63,819 bases of DNA, taken from IMG/VR virus record IMGVR_UViG_3300042465_004622, positions 1 to 63,819 of that record; one strand, given 5' to 3'. The DNA is from a virus (taxonomy: Duplodnaviria; Caudoviricetes). Each line of letters opens with the position of its first letter. The first letter of the stretch is position 1. The notes below the pieces were generated by a model, which saw only the letters and a program-made list of their open reading frames with translations, had not been told where the DNA came from and did not search any database. The position numbers and the translations under genes are program-made. This document shows, in pieces, positions 1 to 8,977 of the stretch.

Positions 1-126
1 GCTGCCTGCTGCCTGCTGCCTGCTGCCTGCTGCCTGCTGCCTGCTGCCTGCTGCCTGCTGCCTGCTGCCTGCTGCCTGCTGCCTGCTGCCTGCTGCCTGC
101 TGCCTGCTGCCTGCTGCCTGCTGCCT
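1..126. repeat. Tandem heptamer array (GCTGCCT)x18 at the left contig end
   Basis: Perfect 7-nt period from base 1 to 126; same orientation as the right-end array. Confidence 0.98.
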
Positions 127-150
127 TAAACTTAACTAAACGTACATAAT

Positions 151-681
151 ATGGCTAAACCCTTAATGCCTCCCGAACAATGGGACGCTCTCAAAACTCT
201 CTCAATTAAAGGTCTCTCCGATTCAAAACTTGCGGAGGCTTTCGGCGTTAGCGTGGGGGCGATTCAATCCCGCCGATTCGATGACCCGGTATGGGCAGCC
301 GCTAAAAAAGACCAGATAACGCAGCGAGGCCGTCCCTCTCTTGCTGATGTTAAAGCGAGAGAGGAAGCCGCGAAGCAAGTAATAACAGTTTCAGGGGAGA
401 GTTTGGCGGAGATCGGCGAACAAAATTCGCTGCTCCTTGCTCGCTATGTAAGCCAGAAAATAAAAAACAGCGTAGAAAATGACCTCCTTCCAGAGCTGGA
501 CGATTGGAGTCCTTTTAAAACCGCTAGTGAGATCCTGCGCAAAGCCACCGGACAAGACCGCGATCAAGCCGCCGTGAGTGTTAACCTATTCGCCGGAGGC
601 CAGTTCTACGACACTGACGCCCCGACTTTTGAGGCTTCCGTTATTGAGACTGACACCGAAAATGGCCTCGATTTCTGCTGA
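151..681 (+). CDS. HTH DNA-binding protein, putative terminase small subunit
   Basis: N-terminal HTH-like segment (LSDSKLAEAFGVSVGAIQSRR), helical middle, first gene after the terminal repeat; ends ...GLDFC*. Confidence 0.55.
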   Translation: MAKPLMPPEQWDALKTLSIKGLSDSKLAEAFGVSVGAIQSRRFDDPVWAAAKKDQITQRGRPSLADVKAREEAAKQVITVSGESLAEIGEQNSLLLARYVSQKIKNSVENDLLPELDDWSPFKTASEILRKATGQDRDQAAVSVNLFAGGQFYDTDAPTFEASVIETDTENGLDFC

Positions 682-1029
682 TATGCACCTAAATCGTTGA
701 TACTCAACACTATTGCAACTTAACATTACGGTCGTTGTTTGTAGTTAATAAATGCCATAACGATTTCGGCATTCGACGAAGCTGGAAACGAGATCGAGAG
801 GCACTAGCCAAGCGGGCACAAGGGGCGCGTGTCCTGGTGCGCGTGGTGGCGGGTGGCTGGTGCCTGCTGCTAGCTGGCTGTAGCGAGGCCACGGGGGTAT
901 AGGTGCCGCCCCAGAAACCGCAGGCGCGGTAGCGTGAGGTAGGGCCGAGAAATTTTTTGTCTGAAAATACACCTTTACACTTTAAAGAAACACTTTGCAT
1001 AGATACAAACTACTTTTATAGTAGTGGGT

Positions 1030-1791
1030 ATGCCAAAAATAACAGACATCACAGGACAGACATTTAATCGTCTCACCGCAGTATCTCTGAACCAACCTTC
1101 GCATTTCAAGACGCGACCTGACGGGAGACAGGTCTTTCATTGTGCGACTTGGGATTGCACATGTAGCTGCGGAGGGATGAAGAAGAAAGTTCCTCTCTAC
1201 AACCTTCGTTACGGTTGGACGAAAAGTTGCGGGTGCCTCCAAGAAGAGCTAGCCATCGAAAACCGATCAGTTAGATACAAAGGAACTAGCGACACCCCAC
1301 CTTATGCTTTTTCCAAAGGAAAAGGAAACTTCTTTCGAGTATGGAAAGGTATTAAAGAACGATGCTATGTAAAAAGTCGGCATGATTACCCGAGGTATGG
1401 AGGGCGAGGAATCAAGATGCACCCAGACTGGAAAAGCAGCTACCGAGCTTTTGCTATGGCTGTAGGTCCAAGACCTTCGCTAGCGCACTCCATTGACAGG
1501 ATAGACACCAACAAAGACTATGAACCAGGAAACATCAAATGGAGTACCAACAAGGAGCAATCGAATAACAAGAGGACAAACGTCTGGCTACAGTGGAAAG
1601 GTCAATCAATCACGCTCATGCAAGTGGCGGAGATCGAGCAAGTGAACTACAACCAGCTACATATATTGTTGAGGAAAAGAAACCTATCTATAGAAGAAGC
1701 CGTAACTAAAGCCAAAACCTCAAAGCAGAAGTTTGATCCTCGAATAAACCGCTCGCGAGCGAAGCCAAAATACCCCGAAGATTTTTGCTGA
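1030..1791 (+). CDS. HNH-type (homing) endonuclease with N-terminal Cys-rich beta domain
   Basis: DITGQTFNRLT..WDCTCSCG..TKSCGC, WKGIKERC..YPRYGGRGIK, HSIDRIDTNKDYEPGNIKW; ends ...PEDFC*. Confidence 0.85.
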   Translation: MPKITDITGQTFNRLTAVSLNQPSHFKTRPDGRQVFHCATWDCTCSCGGMKKKVPLYNLRYGWTKSCGCLQEELAIENRSVRYKGTSDTPPYAFSKGKGNFFRVWKGIKERCYVKSRHDYPRYGGRGIKMHPDWKSSYRAFAMAVGPRPSLAHSIDRIDTNKDYEPGNIKWSTNKEQSNNKRTNVWLQWKGQSITLMQVAEIEQVNYNQLHILLRKRNLSIEEAVTKAKTSKQKFDPRINRSRAKPKYPEDFC

Positions 1792-1858
1792 AAATTCGTC
1801 TTTACACTTTAAGGAGCACCCATACAGTCACCCTCACACCCACACCCACACGCACAAC

Positions 1859-2107
1859 ATGATACCCTTCCCCACAGCAACTCAGTCCCGAGCATCCTCC
1901 GCAGCCGCATCACTCAGGAACAAGCTACAAGAAGAACTCACCGAAGTTGCAGATCTCATCAACGAGACCACCAGCATCGGGCAACTAGAGCTGACCGTAA
2001 TCCGAGCAATCAGCACCCAGGCGACTGAGTTCCTGTCCGAGCTAGGATACAAAGTGGTTCATCACACTCGGCTGGATGGTCCAGTCCAAACTACAATCAG
2101 TTGGTAA
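1859..2107 (+). CDS. Hypothetical protein
   Basis: ATG after a C/A-rich leader; coding-like composition. Confidence 0.6.
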   Translation: MIPFPTATQSRASSAAASLRNKLQEELTEVADLINETTSIGQLELTVIRAISTQATEFLSELGYKVVHHTRLDGPVQTTISW

Positions 2108-2137
2108 TAACAGACCAACCAATCGACCGACCACCTC

Positions 2138-2407
2138 ATGCCCGCCTTTCAGAAACACGACCTCACCAATCGCAAAATTGGCTACTGGACCGTGCTCCAT
2201 GAGAACAAGACCCACCGCAGCCAAGTTCAACGCACCTACGCACCTGGCTCCATCGCTCCGACCTTCTGGGTGTGCCAGTGCATCTGCGGCAAGATCAAAC
2301 CCGCAGTCCGTGGCTCAGTCCTGATGGATGGGCGATCCCAGTCCTGCGGATGCCAACGGAAACACACCCTCAAGCGACAAGCATCCCAGAACCAAGACTT
2401 TTGTTAA
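2138..2407 (+). CDS. Stand-alone copy of the Cys-rich N-terminal domain of phage HNH endonucleases
   Basis: DLTNRKIGYWTV..WVCQCICG..SQSCGC parallels the 1030..1791 N-terminus; no nuclease domain; ends ...NQDFC*. Confidence 0.75.
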   Translation: MPAFQKHDLTNRKIGYWTVLHENKTHRSQVQRTYAPGSIAPTFWVCQCICGKIKPAVRGSVLMDGRSQSCGCQRKHTLKRQASQNQDFC

Positions 2408-2432
2408 TTCGACCCCTCGAAAACAAATTCTC

Positions 2433-2461
2433 TTGACGCCTGTAATCCACGATCTTAAAGT
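2433..2461 (+). promoter_or_regulatory. Sigma70-like promoter
   Basis: TTGACG-17nt-TAAAGT just upstream of the 2471 start. Confidence 0.6.
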
Positions 2462-2470
2462 TACTGAACC

Positions 2471-2728
2471 ATGAGACCGCCCTTCTACGACAGCCTACTA
2501 CTTGCAGTCAGCGTCACGCTACTTGTCGTCAACTCTCTGTTGTTCGTCACGTCCTGCGCCACCCAAACGGAGAACGACAGGCTCGCCCGCATCGGCGACG
2601 TGGCGCTCGCTTATGCAGAGCAAAGTGGTAAGATCTCTCCAGAAGACGCAGCCCTCGCCCGTGAAGTGGGGAAACTGGTTCTGACCAAGGACATCGCCGC
2701 CACCGCAGTCGAAACCTCAACGAAGTAA
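2471..2728 (+). CDS. Small lipoprotein
   Basis: Hydrophobic signal peptide ending in lipobox-like VTS-C. Confidence 0.65.
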   Translation: MRPPFYDSLLLAVSVTLLVVNSLLFVTSCATQTENDRLARIGDVALAYAEQSGKISPEDAALAREVGKLVLTKDIAATAVETSTK

Positions 2729-2732
2729 TTCT

Positions 2733-3002
2733 ATGGCAAAGAAAGCAGCAACCAAGAAATCAGCCTCCAAGAAGCCCAATCTGTCAGTCGGACGTGGCGA
2801 GAAGCTCTCAGTCGCACAAGGTGGAGGATTATCCGCGAAGGGCCGCGCCAAATACAACGCAGCCACAGGCTCGAATCTGAAAGCCCCAGCTCCGAAACCC
2901 AAGACCGAGAAGGACAAAGCCAGGAAGAAAAGTTTCTGTGCTCGATCCGAAGGTTGGACAGGTGAACGAGGCAAAGCCGCTCGTAAACGCTGGGCCTGCT
3001 AA
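2733..3002 (+). CDS. Small basic phage protein (DUF6321-like)
   Basis: GLSAKGRAKYN..GSNLKAP..RKKSFCAR..RKRWAC pattern recalled from small basic phage proteins; family name not verified. Confidence 0.6.
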   Translation: MAKKAATKKSASKKPNLSVGRGEKLSVAQGGGLSAKGRAKYNAATGSNLKAPAPKPKTEKDKARKKSFCARSEGWTGERGKAARKRWAC

Positions 3003-3068
3003 ACAATTTCCACGGTCCCGTCTTTTCTCATCCTTAGACGCGGATGCTTTCTCCCAAAGCAATCACCA

Positions 3069-3157
3069 TCCAGCCCTGTGATCCGAGTCGGAGCTAGGTC
3101 TCCTTTATCCTCCAACTTGCATCTGACCGTATGCAAGAGGCTCCGCAAAAGGCTGGA
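3069..3157. ncRNA. Candidate structured intergenic RNA / long bulged hairpin
   Basis: Nested pairings TCCAGCC/GGCTGGA, CGGAGC/GCTCCG, CTTGCAT/ATGCAAG. Confidence 0.4.
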
Positions 3158-3217
3158 CACGGTCACTTTCAGAAAGAGTCTTGACTACGACTCTCAATAA
3201 GTCGAAGATTGGAAGCC

Positions 3218-5518
3218 ATGCCCACTTCTCCGCTTGTAGCTGACGCTAATCAAATCGCAGTATCCATACCTCCTGTCGTCTCACCAGATGACAACGAGAT
3301 TGTAAAGCGTCGGTTAAAGAGCGCGTCCGATCTGGCTAATCTTTATCAGAGCTTATTCAACGAAGATCTGGAATCGAGTCGGAAAAGATCCATGGTAGAT
3401 GCTGCGATTGGTGGAGAAGCTCCATACGATCCACGGAAAGAACGAAAACTAGGCACTCTGGGCCGTTCAAATATCAACTTTGGCATCCTGCTTCAAAATG
3501 TTGAGGAGGCCCAAATGCCTTTTTTCAGGCTCCTTGAGAGTCTTGACACCCTCTGCACGATGCCGCTGAAGTCTGACTTCGCCGACGAAGAGACACGGCA
3601 GATGTGGGAGCCAGCTATAGCTGAGGAGTTCTCGAAAGTCATCAAGAACTGGGCGTCGTTCCACCCTCGCTGGGGGCAACTCAGTCTGCTGTACGTCATC
3701 GACGGCATTGGTTTCACCTTATTTTCGGATGGTATCGACTGGAGATGGCAGGTCAAAGGGCTCCAGCATCTCAAGTTCCCTCGCGATGCCGAAGCCGATG
3801 TGAACTACCTCGACGTGGTCGCTATCGAGAGCAAGATGCGCCCCGACGAGCTTCTGCGGAAGGTTCAAGCCGAAGACAAGCTCCCAGAAGGCGACAAGCG
3901 CTACTGGAACAAGCAGGCAGTCATGGAGGCTGTGAAGCAGACCGCAGGATCGAGTTCGGTCAACACCAATAACCCCGAGGAGGTAGTGGACGCTTGGAAG
4001 AACAACGACATCTCCTTGAGTATGTCCGGCGTCACCGTCAAAGTGATCCACGGCTACGTCCGTGAAACAGACGGCACAGTCAGCCATTACGTATCCCGCT
4101 ACGACGGCGTCGGAGATTTCCTCTATGTCTGCGAAAGCAAGTTCACCGATGTCAGCCAACTGATGACCGCCTTCATCGGCAATGTCGGCACAAATGGAGA
4201 CTTCCATTCGATTCGCGGACTTGGCTACAAGATGTTTGCTCCCACGACCGGGCAGAACCGAGCCATCAACAAGTTCCTCGATGCCGCATTTACAGCAGCA
4301 ACGCCTCATCTCTCAACCGACAACGAGGACGCCAACGTCGAGCAGTCTATTGTTCAGATGGGGCCATACAACATCATGGCGAAAGGGACAGCGTTCCAAG
4401 AAACGAACCTGCCTGACTTCAGCCAGACCCTCATCCCAGCGCTTTCGACCCTCGGACAGCTTACCAGCTCACGGTCAGCAGCGTCTTCACCAGTCTCATC
4501 GAGCGACGTTTCCCGCACCCAGAAGACCAAGTTCCAAGTTCAGACGGAGACCGAGCAGAAAGGCGCTCTCCAGTCCAGCAGCTTCGTGAACTTCACCGTC
4601 GCGTGGCAACGCCACCTCCAGTGTGTGGCTCGACGCATCTGCCGCGAAGACTATCAAGCCACCGACCCCGGCGGCAAGGAAGCGTGGGAGTTCCGTAACC
4701 GACTTGTTCGTCGCGGAGTGCCGCTCGAAGCACTCAACCACATCGACTTCATCTCCATCGAAGCCAACACAGGTCTCGGGAAAGGCAGCTCGAACGAACG
4801 CCGCACTATCGTTGACGCGCTCAGTGAACGAGTTGGCCCTTTCCTCGACCAGAAAGGCCAGCAACTGCTCCAACGCTGGACCGTTTCCGCCTACGCAGGT
4901 CCGCAGATCGCCAAACTACTCGTTCCCGACCAGCCCGGTCTGCGCCCGCCAGTCGATGCGACGATTGCACAGATGGAGAACAGCCTCATGTCGATGGGCC
5001 AACCGCCATCATTCGAGCCGAACCAAGACCACGTGGTCCATCTCGACAAGCACCTCCAGAGGCTGTATGAGGTCAACACTCAGCTTACCGAGATGCAGAT
5101 CGAGCTGCGTCCAGCCATTGACCAGATGCAGCCTATCTGGGAGCACAGCATCAACGATCACCTTCCGATGGTGAACCAGATGAACCCTGACTACAAGCGG
5201 TTCAAAGAAGCACTGCAACAGCTTGGCGAACTCATCAAGAACTCCCGCAAGCACCTCGACGCCGAAGACAAACGGGCCGCAGAAGAGGCCGGGGAAGCCG
5301 AGACCGAGATGTATGGCGGCACGCAACCCGGCCTGTTCGCAGCCGCCGTCGATGCCAATGCCCGCGCAGCTCAGAAGGACATGGTCGATATTGAAAAGAC
5401 CCGCGCTCAGATCCAGATGGACCAGCAGCGTCACGCACAGGAGATGGCCGCTACCGACGTTCGCCTGGCTCTCGAAGTCGAAAAAGCTCGTCGCGAGAAA
5501 AGCAAACCACAGGCTTGA
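3218..5518 (+). CDS. Portal (head-tail connector) protein
   Basis: ~767 aa, helical with a coiled-coil C-terminus; lies upstream of scaffold and capsid. Confidence 0.7.
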   Translation: MPTSPLVADANQIAVSIPPVVSPDDNEIVKRRLKSASDLANLYQSLFNEDLESSRKRSMVDAAIGGEAPYDPRKERKLGTLGRSNINFGILLQNVEEAQMPFFRLLESLDTLCTMPLKSDFADEETRQMWEPAIAEEFSKVIKNWASFHPRWGQLSLLYVIDGIGFTLFSDGIDWRWQVKGLQHLKFPRDAEADVNYLDVVAIESKMRPDELLRKVQAEDKLPEGDKRYWNKQAVMEAVKQTAGSSSVNTNNPEEVVDAWKNNDISLSMSGVTVKVIHGYVRETDGTVSHYVSRYDGVGDFLYVCESKFTDVSQLMTAFIGNVGTNGDFHSIRGLGYKMFAPTTGQNRAINKFLDAAFTAATPHLSTDNEDANVEQSIVQMGPYNIMAKGTAFQETNLPDFSQTLIPALSTLGQLTSSRSAASSPVSSSDVSRTQKTKFQVQTETEQKGALQSSSFVNFTVAWQRHLQCVARRICREDYQATDPGGKEAWEFRNRLVRRGVPLEALNHIDFISIEANTGLGKGSSNERRTIVDALSERVGPFLDQKGQQLLQRWTVSAYAGPQIAKLLVPDQPGLRPPVDATIAQMENSLMSMGQPPSFEPNQDHVVHLDKHLQRLYEVNTQLTEMQIELRPAIDQMQPIWEHSINDHLPMVNQMNPDYKRFKEALQQLGELIKNSRKHLDAEDKRAAEEAGEAETEMYGGTQPGLFAAAVDANARAAQKDMVDIEKTRAQIQMDQQRHAQEMAATDVRLALEVEKARREKSKPQA

Positions 5519-5543
5519 CGAGTTGGCGGACATTCGGTAAGCT
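5515..5543 (+). promoter_or_regulatory. Sigma70-like promoter
   Basis: TTGACG-17nt-TAAGCT before the 5553 start. Confidence 0.55.
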
Positions 5544-5552
5544 GAAAGTGAA

Positions 5553-5915
5553 ATGACCTCCACCTCCCTTCCTGACAGCGACGAGCTTCGCCGTTTCCGT
5601 AAAAACGAGAACGCTGTAGCTCGGTTAGCCGAGCTTCTGAGCGACCCAGTCATGCGTCAAGCCATCGACATTGTGGCGAAGCTGGCGATCCCAAGAGCGT
5701 TGCCAGACCCCGCAGCAGGACTCCATCCAGATACCAACACGGCGCATCACACGCACATGCTGATTGGTATTGGGCAAGCTATCGGCAAGCTCCAGAAGAT
5801 GACGACACCGATCTTGCAAGGTCAACTCGACGACGACGAGGACGAGATTCATCGTGAGGAGTTCCAAGACTACGCCGACAAGATCACCAAAATGAACATT
5901 ATCAAAACTGCCTAA
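5553..5915 (+). CDS. Small head-module protein between portal and scaffold
   Basis: Position and size typical of podovirus head modules. Confidence 0.6.
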   Translation: MTSTSLPDSDELRRFRKNENAVARLAELLSDPVMRQAIDIVAKLAIPRALPDPAAGLHPDTNTAHHTHMLIGIGQAIGKLQKMTTPILQGQLDDDEDEIHREEFQDYADKITKMNIIKTA

Positions 5916-5918
5916 CCT

Positions 5919-7139
5919 ATGCCTGAAGCACCCACAGCCCCAGCACCTGCGCCATCCGCGCCTTCGTCACCACAACAAACCCCAGCCGCGCCTACCGGAC
6001 CGTCCAACGGGATGGATTTGATGGCGAAACTGTCTAATCTCGGCCCGAAACCGGGATCTCAGCCTGAAAAACCGCAGGAATCGACGAAAAAAGCAGCTAA
6101 TACCCCTGCTCCCGACCCCAAAAAGGTAGAAACCAAGCCTGCTGAGTCGAAAAACCCGTTTGATCTGGAAGTTGTGTCGGCAGAAGACCCGAAACCAGAG
6201 CCAAAAGTTGTCGAGGAGAACGCTCCGCAGGAACTGAAACCAGAGGCCCAGACCAAGTGGAAAGAACTCAAGTCCAAAGCCACAGAACTCGACCAGATCA
6301 AGCCGGAGTATGAGGCTTTGAAGGCGGAAGTCGCCAAACTTAAAGAGACTCCGAACAAATTGCCTCCAGAGATCGAGTCCGAAATGACCGAGTTGAAACG
6401 GTTCAAAGCCGCCTACGACGTGGAGAACACACCCGAGTATCAAGACTCCGTGCTTCAGCCTTACGAGAAGAACATGGGGCGTATTGCGGAGGTGGCCGAC
6501 TTCGCAGGCGTTCCGATGGAGCGACTCGAAGCCGCTTTGAAAGAAGGCAACACCCTCGCTCGCGCCCGAGCCATCAAAGTAGCTCTCGAATCTAACTTAG
6601 ATGGCCCTGAAATCTCCTCAGAAGAGATTGGCATCGTCGTTCGAGCCGCAGACGAGCTTCATGCCAACGTGTTCCCCAAGGATCGCGAACTTCGCGACAA
6701 AGCCTTGGAGATCCAGAACTCGCTGAAAGGCCAGCAGGAAACACTTACCGCCAAGCAGCAAGAAGCCCGTGAGCAGGCTCTCCAGACCTCCGCATCCGAG
6801 CTTTACTCAGTCATGGAGGCCAAGCTCAAACCAATGGGTATCTTCAATAATCAAGATCTTGTTGAAGCTCTCAAGACCGCTAGACCCGCCGACCCAGCTA
6901 AAGAACCGATGACGGCTGTCGGTCAGGCGATGTCCGCGAAACTGGTGCCTGTGCTCGTTGGAGAATACAACAAGCTCGCCACCCAGCTCAAAGAAGCCAA
7001 GGCCGCTCTCCGCGCCCGTGGCGAAGCCGGAGCAGGCCCAGGCGAAGGCGGTCGTCAGTCTGAGAGCAAAAAGACTTCCGACGAACCTGATGAAGGTCGC
7101 TCACTACTCAGCGGTCTGAGCGCCTTGACTCGTCGATAA
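5919..7139 (+). CDS. Capsid scaffolding protein
   Basis: Pro/Glu/Lys-rich disordered N-terminus, coiled coils, directly upstream of the capsid gene. Confidence 0.7.
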   Translation: MPEAPTAPAPAPSAPSSPQQTPAAPTGPSNGMDLMAKLSNLGPKPGSQPEKPQESTKKAANTPAPDPKKVETKPAESKNPFDLEVVSAEDPKPEPKVVEENAPQELKPEAQTKWKELKSKATELDQIKPEYEALKAEVAKLKETPNKLPPEIESEMTELKRFKAAYDVENTPEYQDSVLQPYEKNMGRIAEVADFAGVPMERLEAALKEGNTLARARAIKVALESNLDGPEISSEEIGIVVRAADELHANVFPKDRELRDKALEIQNSLKGQQETLTAKQQEAREQALQTSASELYSVMEAKLKPMGIFNNQDLVEALKTARPADPAKEPMTAVGQAMSAKLVPVLVGEYNKLATQLKEAKAALRARGEAGAGPGEGGRQSESKKTSDEPDEGRSLLSGLSALTRR

Positions 7140-7157
7140 GGTCAATGTTTTGTTTGG

Positions 7158-7192
7158 AGCCTCGTTGCGAGAAATTGCAGCGAGGCTTTTTT
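7158..7192 (+). terminator. Intrinsic terminator
   Basis: AGCCTCGTTGC..GCAGCGAGGCT stem followed by a T-run. Confidence 0.8.
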
Positions 7193-7239
7193 GTTGTTGA
7201 CTACTCCCAACACCTGTTACAAACTGCCGACGAGCATAA

Positions 7240-7398
7240 ATCCGCAGCCTGCGGTCAAACCCAGCTCAGTTTGAGGTAAGGCACAATTCAAAGAGCGTTT
7301 TCATAGTTGGGTAGCTCCCCGACGCAAGCAACGAGACTTTCCGGTCTCTGTTCTGTGTCGGCCTCTTTACGAGAGTACCCAAAGCAGCAGGGACGGAT
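7240..7398 (+). ncRNA. Candidate multi-stem structured 5' leader of the major capsid gene
   Basis: ATCCG/CGGAT, CCTGC/GCAGG, TTGGGTA/TACCCAA, CCGACGCA/TGTGTCGG (G-U on +), GAGAC/GTCTC. Confidence 0.45.
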
Positions 7399-7425
7399 AA
7401 AACCCAAAATCCACCCACTACTACT

Positions 7426-8604
7426 ATGGCTGACAACATCAATCAGATGTTCGCTGAAGACGCTTCCCGCATCCAAGGCGACGTTTACTTCATTCAGCGC
7501 GACCAAGGTCGCGTTTCCGCACTCATCAAGAAGGACACCCTGCCAGAAGGCATGGGCCACAACTTCACAACTCCCGTCGTCCAGCGCTCTAATCGCACTG
7601 GCGGTTCCGGCTGGGTTGAGGTGAGTGATCCGACAGGCGCAGAAAATAACTGCGTTCCTTCTCCTGGCACCACGACCTCTGCAATCGACCTCCTTAGCTG
7701 GACGGCGAGCAAGCGCGTCGAGCGTTCCGACACCATCTGTCTTGACGACGCATGGGCCGCTTACGACTTCGGCGAGCAGGTCATGCGCAAGCGTGAAGAG
7801 TTCGTCAACACCATCGTTGACCTCTGGGAAGATCGCGACAAAGACCGCTTCTTCCACTACGCAGGTCACAAGATCGTCTTCAACAGCTCTCTGACCGAAG
7901 GCAACTCCACCACGATGCCTGCCACGGCAGCTACCTCCCAGATCACTCAAGGTCTGCTTGATAGCATCCGCAGCCGCGCCATCCGTGACGGTGCCGGACG
8001 TGAGCCTTATGCCATGAAGAACGGTGCTCCGCTTCTGCCTCTCATCCTCTCCGATGAAGCACAGCGCACACTGCTTCTCGGTGACGCCAGCATCCGCAGC
8101 GACTTCAACTTCGCTGAAATGGGTAAAGGCTCTGAAGGCTCGAAAATCCTCCAGCGCTGGGGCGTTGACACCGGATACGGTGGCTACCTCCACATCATCG
8201 ACACGAAGATGCCTCGCTACAACTTCACTGGTGGAGCCTGGGTCGAAGTGCCTTTCTACACCACTGCTGCGGCCACCATCGGCACCAAGCTGGTTCTCAA
8301 CCCAGCTTACCTCACCGCCGAATACGAAGACGCCTATGTCTGGCATCCAGACGTGGTGCATCGTATGGTTCCGAAGACCCGCACCACCGTCGGTGCCGAC
8401 ACTCGCTTCGGCGGGTTCGACTACAACGGCACGGTCAAGTGGACAAACATCCCAAGCCTCGACAACAACCCCCTTGAGAACCAAGGCCAGTGGTTTGCAC
8501 AGCTCTACGCTGCCTACAAACCAATCAAGGTTCAATATGGTTACGTCATCCGCTTCAAGCGCTGCCCGAACATCGTAACCAGCCCTTGCCCTAGCTACGC
8601 ATAA
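7426..8604 (+). CDS. Major capsid protein
   Basis: 392 aa, strong codon bias, follows scaffold, flanked by terminator-like hairpins. Confidence 0.8.
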   Translation: MADNINQMFAEDASRIQGDVYFIQRDQGRVSALIKKDTLPEGMGHNFTTPVVQRSNRTGGSGWVEVSDPTGAENNCVPSPGTTTSAIDLLSWTASKRVERSDTICLDDAWAAYDFGEQVMRKREEFVNTIVDLWEDRDKDRFFHYAGHKIVFNSSLTEGNSTTMPATAATSQITQGLLDSIRSRAIRDGAGREPYAMKNGAPLLPLILSDEAQRTLLLGDASIRSDFNFAEMGKGSEGSKILQRWGVDTGYGGYLHIIDTKMPRYNFTGGAWVEVPFYTTAAATIGTKLVLNPAYLTAEYEDAYVWHPDVVHRMVPKTRTTVGADTRFGGFDYNGTVKWTNIPSLDNNPLENQGQWFAQLYAAYKPIKVQYGYVIRFKRCPNIVTSPCPSYA

Positions 8605-8623
8605 ATGCTAGGTAGGTAACACC

Positions 8624-8658
8624 CCTCGGGCGGAGCTTAAACTCTCCGCCCGAGGTTT
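8624..8658 (+). terminator. Hairpin / terminator after the capsid gene
   Basis: Perfect 12-bp stem CCTCGGGCGGAG/CTCCGCCCGAGG followed by TTT. Confidence 0.7.
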
Positions 8659-8671
8659 CCTCTTAAATACT

Positions 8672-8977
8672 ATGGAAGATCTACCACCCGCTATGTCAAT
8701 GGACGAAGAAGTCGAGGACGAGTTCTCCTTCAACGTGCCAACTAATTTTTCTCCACCTGAAGGATACGAAGAAGGCAAGCCCTTCGAGATGGTGGCCTCC
8801 TTGACCATGGAGAACGGTCGTCTCAAAATCAATTCACTCAATGGCGCAAAACTTGCGGCTGAGGAAGATGAAGTCGAAGACGAAACCGGAGAAGCTGAAG
8901 CAGAGGTCGCTGAAGAAGCACCTATGGCTCCAGACGGCGGTGAAAGTCTTATGAAAGCCCTTGGAACTCTCGGATAA
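8672..8977 (+). CDS. Acidic hypothetical protein
   Basis: 101-aa ORF; stop overlaps the next start. Confidence 0.65.
   Translation: MEDLPPAMSMDEEVEDEFSFNVPTNFSPPEGYEEGKPFEMVASLTMENGRLKINSLNGAKLAAEEDEVEDETGEAEAEVAEEAPMAPDGGESLMKALGTLG

Noticed and set aside
1-126. Terminal heptamers as a coding repeat or CRISPR array
   Set aside because: Pure tandem repeat with no spacers and no supported ORF.
7288-8535. 415-aa ORF antisense to the capsid gene, and similar long antisense ORFs at 29633..30703 and 26731..27456
   Set aside because: Shadow ORFs expected from biased codon usage on the sense strand; no recognisable motifs.
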